The notes under the pieces were generated by a model that saw only the letters and a list, made by a program, of their open reading frames with translations, was not told the DNA's origin and did not search any database. Of a stretch of DNA of 64,000 bases, positions 28,751-37,600 are shown piece after piece; positions within the stretch are counted from its first letter, which is position 1, and each line of letters opens with the position of its first letter. Source of the DNA: Alphaproteobacteria bacterium (lineage in GTDB: Bacteria > Pseudomonadota > Alphaproteobacteria > CALKHQ01); contig CBDDFZ010000001.1 of assembly GCA_965227515.1 (NCBI GenBank), positions 1 through 64,000 of the forward strand. The letters run 5' to 3'. The position numbers were made by a program, and so were the translations under genes.

Positions 28751-29679
28751 CAGGCCACCGTCTCGGATGGCACGGAGGCCATTTCATTATTGGCTGGCGC
28801 CAAGTCGGCACCGGCCCTCTCCCCCACCCGGCCACCCGCTGAGCATACTGACGTCGGGTGGTCGGGTGGGGGAGAGGGCTGGTGCAGATCGACCGACAGG
28901 CGATCCAATGGAGAGAAATGGCGCATTTCCGCCCACCGGACGATCTCAAGCCGGCCGTCATGGTGCTCGGCGAGGGCGGTGCAGCTCTCCACCCAGTCGC
29001 CGTCGTTGCAGTAGAGGATGCCGTCGATACGCCGGATCTCGGCCTTGTGGATGTGGCCGCAGACCACGCCGTCCACCTGCCGCCGCCGCGCCTCGGCCGC
29101 GATCGCGCTCTCGAAATTGTCGACGAACTTGACCGCGTTCTTGACCTTGCCCTTCAGGTAGGCCGACAGCGACCAGTAGCCGAAGCCGAGCCGGCGGCGG
29201 GCTAGGTTGAACCAGTGGTTGAGGGAGAGGATCAGGTTGTAGGCCCGGTCGCCCAGATAGGCGAGCCACTTGGCATGGGTGACCACGCCGTCGAACTGGT
29301 CGCCGTGCATCACCAGCAGGCGACGGCCATCGGCGGTGGTGTGAATGGTGTCGGCGGCCACCATCACGCCGCCGAAGCTCATCTCTGTGAAGTCGCGCAG
29401 CGCCTCGTCATGGTTGCCGGGCACATAGACCACCCTGGTGCCCTTGCGCGCCTTGCGCAGCAGTTTCTGCACCACGTCATTGTGGCTCTGCGCCCAATAC
29501 CACGACTTCTTCAGTCGCCAGCCGTCGACGATGTCGCCGACCAAGTAGAGATACTCGGACTCGGTGTGCTTCAGGAAGTCGAGCAGGAATTCGGCCTTGC
29601 ATCCACGCGTCCCCAGGTGGATGTCCGATATCCAGATCGAACGAAATCGATGCGGCGAAATCGTGCCGTGCATGCCCAT
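28750..29679 (-). CDS. plcP: LpxH-like metallophosphoesterase, PlcP-type phospholipase C candidate
   Basis: SDIHLG, GDIVDGW, GNHDE, HGD, CGHIH and NDGDWVES; paired with an Agt-like GT4. Confidence 0.7.
   Translation of the reverse strand: MGMHGTISPHRFRSIWISDIHLGTRGCKAEFLLDFLKHTESEYLYLVGDIVDGWRLKKSWYWAQSHNDVVQKLLRKARKGTRVVYVPGNHDEALRDFTEMSFGGVMVAADTIHTTADGRRLLVMHGDQFDGVVTHAKWLAYLGDRAYNLILSLNHWFNLARRRLGFGYWSLSAYLKGKVKNAVKFVDNFESAIAAEARRRQVDGVVCGHIHKAEIRRIDGILYCNDGDWVESCTALAEHHDGRLEIVRWAEMRHFSPLDRLSVDLHQPSPPPDHPTSVCSAGGRVGERAGADLAPANNEMASVPSETVA
28808..28885. repeat. 31-bp inverted repeat (29/31) with 16-nt loop inside the 3' part of the plcP-like CDS
   Basis: Arms at 28808-28838 and 28855-28885. 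Confidence 0.9.
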
Positions 29680-30064
29680 CTGTCCTTCGCCCCGAATACA
29701 GTTGCGAATCGCATGTTGTGATGCGGGCGATGGGCGTTGCGTAGCAATGTTTGATGACAGAATTAAAAACCAATACTTAACTCACTTGAATCACGTCAAA
29801 AATTCACGCAACTGTAACATCGCCATTGGCGGCCAATTGCCGGGACGGGCACTGTCGGTCAGACTGTCGATATTCAGAATGGCGGCACGGACGCATATGT
29901 ACCGCGGGCCACGACGCCAACCGATGTACCGGTTTTGTTGCAAGCCCACTGATGCTGTGGTTTCATGACAGTTGAGCGACGCAGTTGCTGACGGGGCTGG
30001 AAACCGCCCGCGCGCGCTCGTCAGGAGACAACAGTCAGCGACGTCGAATAGCGGGGGGCGATCA

Positions 30065-30469
30065 ATGGCTGATCGAAAGAAGACATTACGTGACGACGAC
30101 ATCCGCGATGCGGAGGTCGTCAGCCGGCGCGGCTTCGGCCGGCTGTTGGTCAGCGCATTGGGCGCCGGCGGCACCGCTGCCGTTGCGGCCTGCGTGCCAG
30201 CGGGTGGCGGCGGCTACACGCCGATCTCGAATCCGTCGGGTCCCTACACCGGCATATCCGACGGCGATGCCGGCAATTTTGCCGATGCAGCCGGCTACGG
30301 ACGCGGCACCTATGGCGGGTCCGGCAACTATACCGGACTGACCGACGGCGATACCGGCAACTATGCCGACGCGGCCGGTTACGGATCCGGCCAAACCTAC
30401 ACCGGCCTGACCGATTCCGATGGCGGCGGCTATGCCGACCAGGCGGGCTACGGGCGCAGCGGCTACTGA
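30065..30469 (+). CDS. Tat-signal precursor-like peptide with three YTGxxDxDxGxxADxAGYG repeats
   Basis: GGGGGG RBS; SRRGF twin-arginine motif; VAA-C possible lipobox; repeats start at 30245, 30329 and 30398. Confidence 0.8.
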   Translation: MADRKKTLRDDDIRDAEVVSRRGFGRLLVSALGAGGTAAVAACVPAGGGGYTPISNPSGPYTGISDGDAGNFADAAGYGRGTYGGSGNYTGLTDGDTGNYADAAGYGSGQTYTGLTDSDGGGYADQAGYGRSGY

Positions 30470-30483
30470 GCACGCCCGGCCGC

Positions 30484-31716
30484 ATGACCAGCAGCGGCCC
30501 CATGACAACAGACCACGCACCGGGACCGGCGTCGGGAGGCGCCGACCTCGAAACACTGCGCTGGTTGCTGCATCCGCTGCCGCTCGACCGGTTCTTCAGC
30601 GACCACTGGGAACGCAGCCACTTCCACGGCCGGCGCGGCGACGAGACCTACCACGCCGGCCTGCTGTCGCTGCGGGATATTGACGGCTATCTCGCCGACC
30701 TGACCCATTTCGGCGCCTCGATCCTGCTCACCAACGCGGGCGAGCCGGTGCCGCGCGAGAAATACGCGACCGAAAGCGACCGCATCGACAGCCGGCGCGT
30801 CATTCTGGAACACGCCCGCGGCGCGACCATCATCTTCAACCAGCTTCAGGACTACATACCGTCGCTGTTCCGGTTGTGCCGCAGCCTGGAGCTGGAAACA
30901 GGCGCCAGGGTCCAGACCAACATCTATCTGACCCCGCACAACGCCCAGGGGTTCGCCACCCACTACGACAACCACGACGTGGTCATCCTGCAAATCCACG
31001 GCGCCAAGCGCTGGAAGATCTATGGCGCGCCGATCGAAATGCCGTTGCAGGGACAGCGGTTCGAGAAGGGCCGCCACCAGGCCGGCGATGCGGTGGACAC
31101 GTTCGACCTGATGCCCGGCGACTTCCTCTACATACCGCGCGGGGTGATGCACGAGGCGGTCAGCGACGACAGGCTGTCGCTGCACATCACCACCGGCATC
31201 ATCTCGACCACGTGGAACGACGTGCTTTTCGAATGCCTGGCCGCATTCAACCTGTCTCATGCGGCGGTGCGAGGCGGGCTGCCCTGGGGCAGCAGTTTCT
31301 CGGCCGAGGCCGCGGCGCGGGTGGCGGCTACCATCAAGGACATGGCGGCCAAATTCGCCCGCGAGGCGGACGGTGCCGCTGCGCTGCGGCGCCTGCACCA
31401 GGCCTTCCTGCTGGCGCGGCGTCCCGGACTCGACGGGCAATTGATGGCCATCCCGGGCATCGACGCCATCGGCGTCGATACCGTGGTGCGGCGGCGCGAC
31501 GGATTGGCCTACACGCTGGAGCAGAACGGCGACACGGTCGTCCTGACGAGCTGGGGCGTCCAGCTCGAGCTGCCGGCGCATGCCGCCGACGCCGTACGTG
31601 CCGCCCTCGATCCACCCACGATCCGTGTCGGCGACCTGGCCGGCGACCTGGACGACGAGGGCAAGGTCACGCTGGTCCGCCGGCTGATGCGCGAAGGGCT
31701 GCTACAGCCGGCATGA
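30484..31716 (+). CDS. JmjC/cupin-4 Fe(II)/2OG oxygenase (ROX/YcfD/NO66-like) with C-terminal winged-helix-like domain
   Basis: YLTPHNAQGFATHYDNHDVVILQIHGAKRW and PGDFLYIPRGVMHEA give the HxD...H triad; ends LVRRLMREGLL. Confidence 0.88.
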   Translation: MTSSGPMTTDHAPGPASGGADLETLRWLLHPLPLDRFFSDHWERSHFHGRRGDETYHAGLLSLRDIDGYLADLTHFGASILLTNAGEPVPREKYATESDRIDSRRVILEHARGATIIFNQLQDYIPSLFRLCRSLELETGARVQTNIYLTPHNAQGFATHYDNHDVVILQIHGAKRWKIYGAPIEMPLQGQRFEKGRHQAGDAVDTFDLMPGDFLYIPRGVMHEAVSDDRLSLHITTGIISTTWNDVLFECLAAFNLSHAAVRGGLPWGSSFSAEAAARVAATIKDMAAKFAREADGAAALRRLHQAFLLARRPGLDGQLMAIPGIDAIGVDTVVRRRDGLAYTLEQNGDTVVLTSWGVQLELPAHAADAVRAALDPPTIRVGDLAGDLDDEGKVTLVRRLMREGLLQPA

Positions 31717-31822
31717 ACGGGCACGGCCCGGCATCGTGTCAGCCCGGTGAATTTCGTTAACCATAACGCAAGCGATTGTCGGCTACCTCTCCAACCGTCA
31801 TGCAGAGTTCAGGCTGGAAAAG

Positions 31823-33046
31823 GTGCCGGGTGTGTTGTTGCGCGTGCTGATCCTGGTGGTCGTGGCCGTCGCCGCGGCGGCGGCGGCAGGCTATTGGCTG
31901 CCCGACGTGGTGACGCCACTGGCGTCCATTCCCCCCGCCGTGCTGGGGGGACTGGGGGCATTGGCCGGGGTGTTCGTGGTCGAAACCGTGTTCCGTGGCG
32001 CCCGCGATGCGCGCGTCGACGCGGAACTGGCGCGCCTGTCCGCGCTGGGCCGCGCGCTGGAACTGGAAATGGCCGCCGCCTCGGCGGCCGGGAATGCCAT
32101 GCAGCCGACCATGACGCCCATGCCGCCGGCACCGCCGCCCGCCGATGCCGAGCGGGTCGCCCCCACGGCGCATCGCGAGCCGCATTTCTCAACGCCCAAG
32201 CCGCCGGTGCCCCTGGTCGAGCCGACCAAGCCGCTCGCAGCCCCGCCATCGAAGCAGCCGCGCAAGTTCCGCGAGGCCACCGACAAGTTCACCAAGCCGC
32301 CGACCGATGAAGAACTGCTGGCCAAGGTGGAAGAGGCGATCCGCGCCGACCGCATCGACATGCACTTGCAGCCCATCGTCGATGCCGGCGACCGCAAGGC
32401 ACAGTTCTACGAGTGCTTCACCCGCCTGCGCACCGATACCGGCGTCGAGCTGCTGCCGGAGCAGTTCCTGCCGATCGTGGAGCGCGAGGGCCTGACCGCC
32501 GGCATCGACAACATGCTGCTGCTGCGATGCGTGCAGATATTGCGCCGCGCCCACCGCCGCGACAAGCCGGTCACCTTCTTCTGCAACATCTCCGGCCAGT
32601 CGCTGGCCGACCGGGTGTTCTTCGCCGATTTCCTGGACTTCCTGAGCGACAATACGCTGCTGTCGGAGAACCTGGTGTTCGAGATCGCGCACACCGACCT
32701 GGTGTCGCTGCCGGCCGAGGCGGCGGAGGACCTGCGCTCGCTGGCCGACCTGGGCTTCCGCTTCGCCATCGACCGCGCCAGCCTGGCCGACGTCACCCCG
32801 GCACTGCTGTCGGAATGGCCGATCGCATTCGTCAAGGCCGACATCGCGGAGATCGCCGCCTACGCGCAGCACGACCCCGGCCTATCGACGTTGCAGCGTC
32901 CGCTGGTGCTGGCCGGCGTCGCCATGGTCGCGACCAAAGTGGAGCGCGAGCGCCACGCCGACGTCCTGACCGGCCTTGCGGTGCGCTACGGCCAGGGCTT
33001 CCTGTACGGCGCACCCACCCCGCTGGCGATGGCCCTGCCCAGGTAA
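31823..33046 (+). CDS. Membrane-anchored degenerate EAL-domain protein (TipF-like architecture)
   Basis: Two N-terminal TM segments; HLQPIV, ECFTRLR in place of EAL, FCNIS, FAIDR in place of DDFG, and GQGFLYGAP. Confidence 0.7.
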   Translation: MPGVLLRVLILVVVAVAAAAAAGYWLPDVVTPLASIPPAVLGGLGALAGVFVVETVFRGARDARVDAELARLSALGRALELEMAAASAAGNAMQPTMTPMPPAPPPADAERVAPTAHREPHFSTPKPPVPLVEPTKPLAAPPSKQPRKFREATDKFTKPPTDEELLAKVEEAIRADRIDMHLQPIVDAGDRKAQFYECFTRLRTDTGVELLPEQFLPIVEREGLTAGIDNMLLLRCVQILRRAHRRDKPVTFFCNISGQSLADRVFFADFLDFLSDNTLLSENLVFEIAHTDLVSLPAEAAEDLRSLADLGFRFAIDRASLADVTPALLSEWPIAFVKADIAEIAAYAQHDPGLSTLQRPLVLAGVAMVATKVERERHADVLTGLAVRYGQGFLYGAPTPLAMALPR

Positions 33047-33088
33047 CTAACGCGGGAATCACGCAGCGAAGGCGGCCGAACTTCTTGT

Positions 33089-33195
33089 CGTCATTGCGAG
33101 GAGCACCGCGAAGTCGGCGCGACGCGGCAATCCAGAGCAATCCAAATGCGACCACGGCAATCGCCTGGATTGCTTCGCTGCGCTCGCAATGACGG
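33089..33195. repeat. REP-like intergenic element, family B, copy 2
   Basis: cgtcattgcgag...ctcgcaatgacg terminal inverted arms; shares blocks with 24657-24783. Confidence 0.85.
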
Positions 33196-33302
33196 CGGCA
33201 AAGCAGTTTGTCGCGCTCCCCATTCTACGGCTCAAGCATGTGAACCTTCCGCACGTGATGCGCGACCAATGGTCGTGATCAACGCGTGGACGGGAGGTTG
33301 CC

Positions 33303-33821
33303 ATGAGCCTGCTATTCTCTCCGAACGGACGCATTCCCCGCCATGTGTGGTGGATCGGCGTGGTCATCCTGATCGTCGCCAACCTGGTGGCGGGTCTGAT
33401 CCTCGGCAAGACGCTCGGCACTGCGGCCATCTTCACGTTCGGCGGCCGCTTCGTCGTGTTCCTGGTCAGCCTGGTGTTCCTGTACGTCGCGTTCTGCCTG
33501 GCGTCGAAGCGCTTCCAGGACCGCGACCGGCCCGGGTCGCTGGCCGGCATGGTGGCCGGCTTCGGCCTGCTCAAGCTGTTCCTCGACCTCGGCGGCGTGA
33601 CCGGCGACCCGTGGGCGCTGAACGGTCTGGACTACGTCTTCCTGGTCGCCCAGGTGGCCATCGGCATCTGGTTCATCGTCGAGCTTGGCTGCATGGCCGG
33701 CACCCAGGGCAAGAACCGCTATGGCCCGGACCCGCTGGAGCACACCGCCCTGCCCTACCGGCACGGACGACCCGCGCCCACCGGCGCCCCCACTGCCTCA
33801 ACGCGCGACCTCCCACAATAA
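33303..33821 (+). CDS. DUF805-family membrane protein
   Basis: LFSPNGRIPR, KRFQDRDRPG and GTQGKNRYGPDP. Confidence 0.85.
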   Translation: MSLLFSPNGRIPRHVWWIGVVILIVANLVAGLILGKTLGTAAIFTFGGRFVVFLVSLVFLYVAFCLASKRFQDRDRPGSLAGMVAGFGLLKLFLDLGGVTGDPWALNGLDYVFLVAQVAIGIWFIVELGCMAGTQGKNRYGPDPLEHTALPYRHGRPAPTGAPTASTRDLPQ

Positions 33822-33824
33822 ACC

Positions 33825-34040
33825 TTACCTGCTGAGCCGGCCCTCCAGCGGCATGCCGGTCAGCAGCGAGACCAGGTGGGCGGCGAACACGACCGCGGCG
33901 ATGGTGGCGGTGATCGCGATCAACACATAGGGCGGCTGCCAGATGCGGCCCGGGACGTAGGGCCGGTTGTGTAGCAGCAAGCTGCCGCCGGCCACCAGCA
34001 CCGAAAAGCCGAGCAGGATCGCGGTCAGGGTCAGGCCCAC
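33825..34040 (-). CDS. Small two-TM membrane protein
   Basis: Two hydrophobic helices; fills the gap behind the hydrolase gene on the same strand. Confidence 0.55.
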   Translation of the reverse strand: MGLTLTAILLGFSVLVAGGSLLLHNRPYVPGRIWQPPYVLIAITATIAAVVFAAHLVSLLTGMPLEGRLSR

Positions 34041-34045
34041 GGCCG

Positions 34046-34840
34046 TCAGCCAGCCGCCTTGGCGCTGGCAGCGCGGGTCGCGTCCTGCACGGCGGCGCGC
34101 AGGCGGGCCAGGTCCTCCGGCCGCGCCAGCCGGTGCTCGGCGTCCTTCACCAGGGACACGACCACGTCGTCACCAGCCAGCTTGTCGGCCAGCTTCAATG
34201 CAGTCTGCCACGGCACGTCGGGGTCCAGTTGCCCGTGCAGCAGCCGCACCGGGCAATCGATGGCGATCTCGTCGCGCAGCAGCAGACGCTCGCGCCCGTC
34301 TTCGATCAGGCGGGCGGTGATGACCGTAGGTTCGTCGCTGTACTGCGACGGCACGGTGACGAAGCCCTTGTCCCGGAAATCGGCGCGCTGTTCTTCGGTG
34401 GCGACCGCCCACATCAGGTCCTCGGTGAAATCGGGCGCCGCCGCTATGCCGACCAGCGCCGCCACCCGCTCAGGTCGGCGGAGCGCCACATGCAGCATGA
34501 TCCAGCCGCCCATGCTGGACCCGACCAGAATCTGCGGTCCCTTCGCCACCCGGTCGAGCACCGCCACCGCATCGTCGGCCCAGCGCCCGATGGTGCCGTC
34601 CTCGAACGCGCCGTCGGACAGGCCGTGGCCGAAATAGTCGAAGCGCACAAAGTTGCGGTCGGTCTGCCGGCACATCTCGGCCAGGTACTCCGCCTTGCCG
34701 CCATACATATCGGACCGGTAGCCGGCCAGGAACATGACGCCCGGCAGCGCGGATCGCCCTTCGCTGGCGTGATAGGCGATCCGATGACCGTCTTCGCGAT
34801 TGATCCACGACGGCGTGGCGGTAGAGTGATTGTCGCTCAC
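34046..34840 (-). CDS. Alpha/beta hydrolase (ABHD10-like)
   Basis: RFDYFGHGLS, VGSSMGGW nucleophile, AAAPDFT, DPDVP and EHRL. Confidence 0.9.
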   Translation of the reverse strand: MSDNHSTATPSWINREDGHRIAYHASEGRSALPGVMFLAGYRSDMYGGKAEYLAEMCRQTDRNFVRFDYFGHGLSDGAFEDGTIGRWADDAVAVLDRVAKGPQILVGSSMGGWIMLHVALRRPERVAALVGIAAAPDFTEDLMWAVATEEQRADFRDKGFVTVPSQYSDEPTVITARLIEDGRERLLLRDEIAIDCPVRLLHGQLDPDVPWQTALKLADKLAGDDVVVSLVKDAEHRLARPEDLARLRAAVQDATRAASAKAAG

Positions 34841-34890
34841 AAGTCCTCCCTCAGCGGCAGCCGGCGGCGGCGGCTCAAGTCTCAGCGGTA

Positions 34891-36072
34891 ATGACAGACC
34901 CTGCGGTCCATCAAGGCAACACGGCCACCAAAGGCGCGTCCATCCTGCAGGTCCTGCCCAGCATGGGCCAGGGCGGGGTGGAGCGCGGCGCCTATGACGT
35001 GGCGCTGGCGCTGGTCGCGGCCGGCCGCCGCGCCGTCGTCGCTTCCAATGGCGGCCCCTATGCCGAGGCGCTGGCCGGGCGCGGCGCCCTCCACGTCAAG
35101 CTGCCCGTGCATAGCAAGAACCCGCTGGTGATGTACCGCAATATCGGACGGCTGGCGAAACTGGCGCAACGCGAAAACGCCGGCCTGATCCATGCCCGCA
35201 GCCGGGCGCCGGCATGGTCGGCCTACTATGCCGCCCGGCGCCTGGGCCTGCCGTTCGTCACCACCTTCCACGGCACCTACAATTTCAATGGCCGGCTCAA
35301 GCGCGGCTACAACGCCATCATGACCCGCGGCGACCGGGTGATCGCGATCTCGGAATTCATCGCGGCGCACATGAAGGCGCACTACCGCGTGAACCCGGCG
35401 CGCATCCGGGTGGTGCCGCGCGGCATCGACATGGCGTTCTTCGACCCCGCCCGCCTGCCGCCGGACCAGGTGGCGGCGCGCGCCGACGCCTGGGGGCTAG
35501 ACCCCGGCCGGCCGACCGTGATGCTGCCGGGCCGGCTGACCCGATGGAAGGGCCATGCGGTGCTGATCGAGGCGCTGCGCTGGCTGGGCCGGCCCGACGT
35601 GCAGTGCGTGATGGTGGGCGACGGTCGCGACGGCTATCGCGAGGAGATGGAGGCGCTGGCGCAGCGCAACGACGTGGCCGCCCAGGTGCGCTTCGTCGGC
35701 GGCAGCAACGACATGCCGACCGCCTATGCGCTGGCCGACGTGGTGGTCTCTGCCTCGACGGACCCGGAGGCGTTCGGGCGCGTATCGGTGGAGGCGCAGG
35801 CGATGGGCTGCCCGCTGGTCGCCTCGGACCACGGCGGGTCGACCGAGACGGTGATCGACCGGTCGGCCGACCCGATGCAATGGACCGGCTGGCTGACCCC
35901 GCCCGGCGACGCGGAGGCGCTGGCGGCGGCCCTGGCCGAGGCGCTGGCGATGCCGGCCGAGGCCCGCATGTCCTACGCCGACCGCGCCCGGCGCCATGTC
36001 GCACGCAACTTCACCCGTGACCTGATGTGCGCCCGGGTACTCGCGGTCTACGACGAGGTGTTGGGGGGTTAG
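34891..36072 (+). CDS. GT4 glycosyltransferase
   Basis: GGVERG, HARSRAPAW, PGRLTRWKGH and EAFGRVSVEAQAMG. Confidence 0.92.
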   Translation: MTDPAVHQGNTATKGASILQVLPSMGQGGVERGAYDVALALVAAGRRAVVASNGGPYAEALAGRGALHVKLPVHSKNPLVMYRNIGRLAKLAQRENAGLIHARSRAPAWSAYYAARRLGLPFVTTFHGTYNFNGRLKRGYNAIMTRGDRVIAISEFIAAHMKAHYRVNPARIRVVPRGIDMAFFDPARLPPDQVAARADAWGLDPGRPTVMLPGRLTRWKGHAVLIEALRWLGRPDVQCVMVGDGRDGYREEMEALAQRNDVAAQVRFVGGSNDMPTAYALADVVVSASTDPEAFGRVSVEAQAMGCPLVASDHGGSTETVIDRSADPMQWTGWLTPPGDAEALAAALAEALAMPAEARMSYADRARRHVARNFTRDLMCARVLAVYDEVLGG

Positions 36073-36098
36073 AGCGGATCACGCCTGAGTTGGCCCAA

Positions 36099-36136
36099 CC
36101 CTCACCCTCCCTCTCCCACTTCGCGGGAGAGGGTGA
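36099..36136. repeat. REP-like hairpin between convergent genes (possible terminator)
   Basis: ccctcaccctccctctcccacttcgcgggagagggtga. Confidence 0.55.
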
Positions 36137-36155
36137 TGAAGCGCCGCGACTGGCC

Positions 36156-37334
36156 CTAAAGATTCGGGATCCAGTCGGCCGCGTTGTGGTCGAAGTCGAA
36201 ATCGTCGCCCTCGACGCTGGCGGCTTCGGCAGCCGCCGCCGCTTCGGCCGCCTCGATGGCCGCGGCCTCGCGCACCTCGGCCTCGGCGGCGCGGCGGGCC
36301 AGTATCGCCTCCGCCGTGCGTAGCGGCGCCACGTCGACGATCGGCGTCAGGTCGATGTCGGCCGCGCAGGCGCCATCGGCCTGCCACCAGGCCAACTGGT
36401 CCTGCAGCGACACGATGTTCACCACCGCCTGCCGGTCGAAATAGGGCAGCCCGGCCGCCACCTGCACCGTCTCCTGGCCGATGTAGCGGCCGATGACCGC
36501 CAGCGTCGCGTCGCGCCGCGCATCGGCAATCGCCGCGTCATCGTCGGCGGGCGACAGCACGAAGTCGTGATAGGCGGCCACGCCGCGCAGATAGGCGCGC
36601 AGGAACCGCTCCACCAGGTCGCCGCGCAGCCGGACATGGGCCGCCGTGGTCATCAGCATCGACAGGCTGATGTCCTGACGGTCGCTGCCCGCCCAGGCAA
36701 CGATACGGCTGTCGCCGCTTTCGCTCAGCGGGGCCGCCAGCCGAGCCGGCAGCAAGGCCAGGTCGACCTGCCCGTTGACCACCGCGGCGGCCAGCGCGAC
36801 GTCGGAATTGAGCTGCACGACCTCGGGCCCGGCCGGCGACGGCGCGATCGTGGCGTCGTCCAGCCGCGCCAGCAGGTAGCGGGCGAACGCGCCGCCTTCG
36901 CTGACGCCGATGACGCCTGCCTGCACCGGTGCAACGTCGCCGCCGCCGGGGGCGGTCCAGGCATAGTGCATGTGCTCGGCGTCCAGGCGCTCGCCACCGG
37001 CAACGATGCGCAGCCCCTCCCGCGCCGCAAGGTCGAAGGCGGTCGGGTTCAGGCGCACCAGCGCGAAATCGGCATCCTGCTGGACCAGGGCCATGCCGAC
37101 GGTGTGCTCGGCGTGCAGGAACAGGAACGAGACGTCCAGTCCCTCTTCGGCGAACCAGCCCCGGTCGGCGGCGATGAACAGAGGCGCGGACGACGCGCTT
37201 GGCTCGGTCGCGATGACGATGGATTGCGCCATCGCCGGCGCGGCAAGCCCGGTGGCCAAGCAGGCGAGCGCACACGCCGCCAGCTGCCGCGTCCGGGCCC
37301 GGCATAATCTTGCCACAGCGCGCAAGTACACCAT
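36156..37334 (-). CDS. NMT1/THI5-like ABC substrate-binding protein with Ala/Glu/Asp-rich tail
   Basis: Signal ending AMA-Q; APLFIAADRGWFAEEGLDV and LVERFLRAY. Confidence 0.75.
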   Translation of the reverse strand: MVYLRAVARLCRARTRQLAACALACLATGLAAPAMAQSIVIATEPSASSAPLFIAADRGWFAEEGLDVSFLFLHAEHTVGMALVQQDADFALVRLNPTAFDLAAREGLRIVAGGERLDAEHMHYAWTAPGGGDVAPVQAGVIGVSEGGAFARYLLARLDDATIAPSPAGPEVVQLNSDVALAAAVVNGQVDLALLPARLAAPLSESGDSRIVAWAGSDRQDISLSMLMTTAAHVRLRGDLVERFLRAYLRGVAAYHDFVLSPADDDAAIADARRDATLAVIGRYIGQETVQVAAGLPYFDRQAVVNIVSLQDQLAWWQADGACAADIDLTPIVDVAPLRTAEAILARRAAEAEVREAAAIEAAEAAAAAEAASVEGDDFDFDHNAADWIPNL

Positions 37335-37600
37335 GTCTGGTCGTCTCCGATACTGCGGTGGCCGCCCCCCGGCACCCGTGCTGCATTCCTGCACCTCGGG
37401 CGGCAATCGTGGCTGGCACCGCGGTGGCGAACACTATCGGGCGCCGCGGGCGCGGTCAAATCCGCTGAACTTGGCGGTTCGGTCGCCCGGGCCGGCCGAC
37501 TTGACATCGCCGTCCCGGCATGGCCATTGCGCAAGGCGTTTATGTTACAGTCAGGTAAGACGCATATGCTGCACCCGCCGCCTTCACCACTACCGACTCC

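Noticed and set aside
29743-29760. Full Pho box upstream of the plcP-like gene
   Set aside because: Only one CTGTCAT half-site; the 11-bp-spaced partner does not match
30245-30460. Periodic DNA repeats as a possible CRISPR array
   Set aside because: The repeats are degenerate at third codon positions, in-frame and unevenly spaced, and there are no cas genes; they are coding repeats
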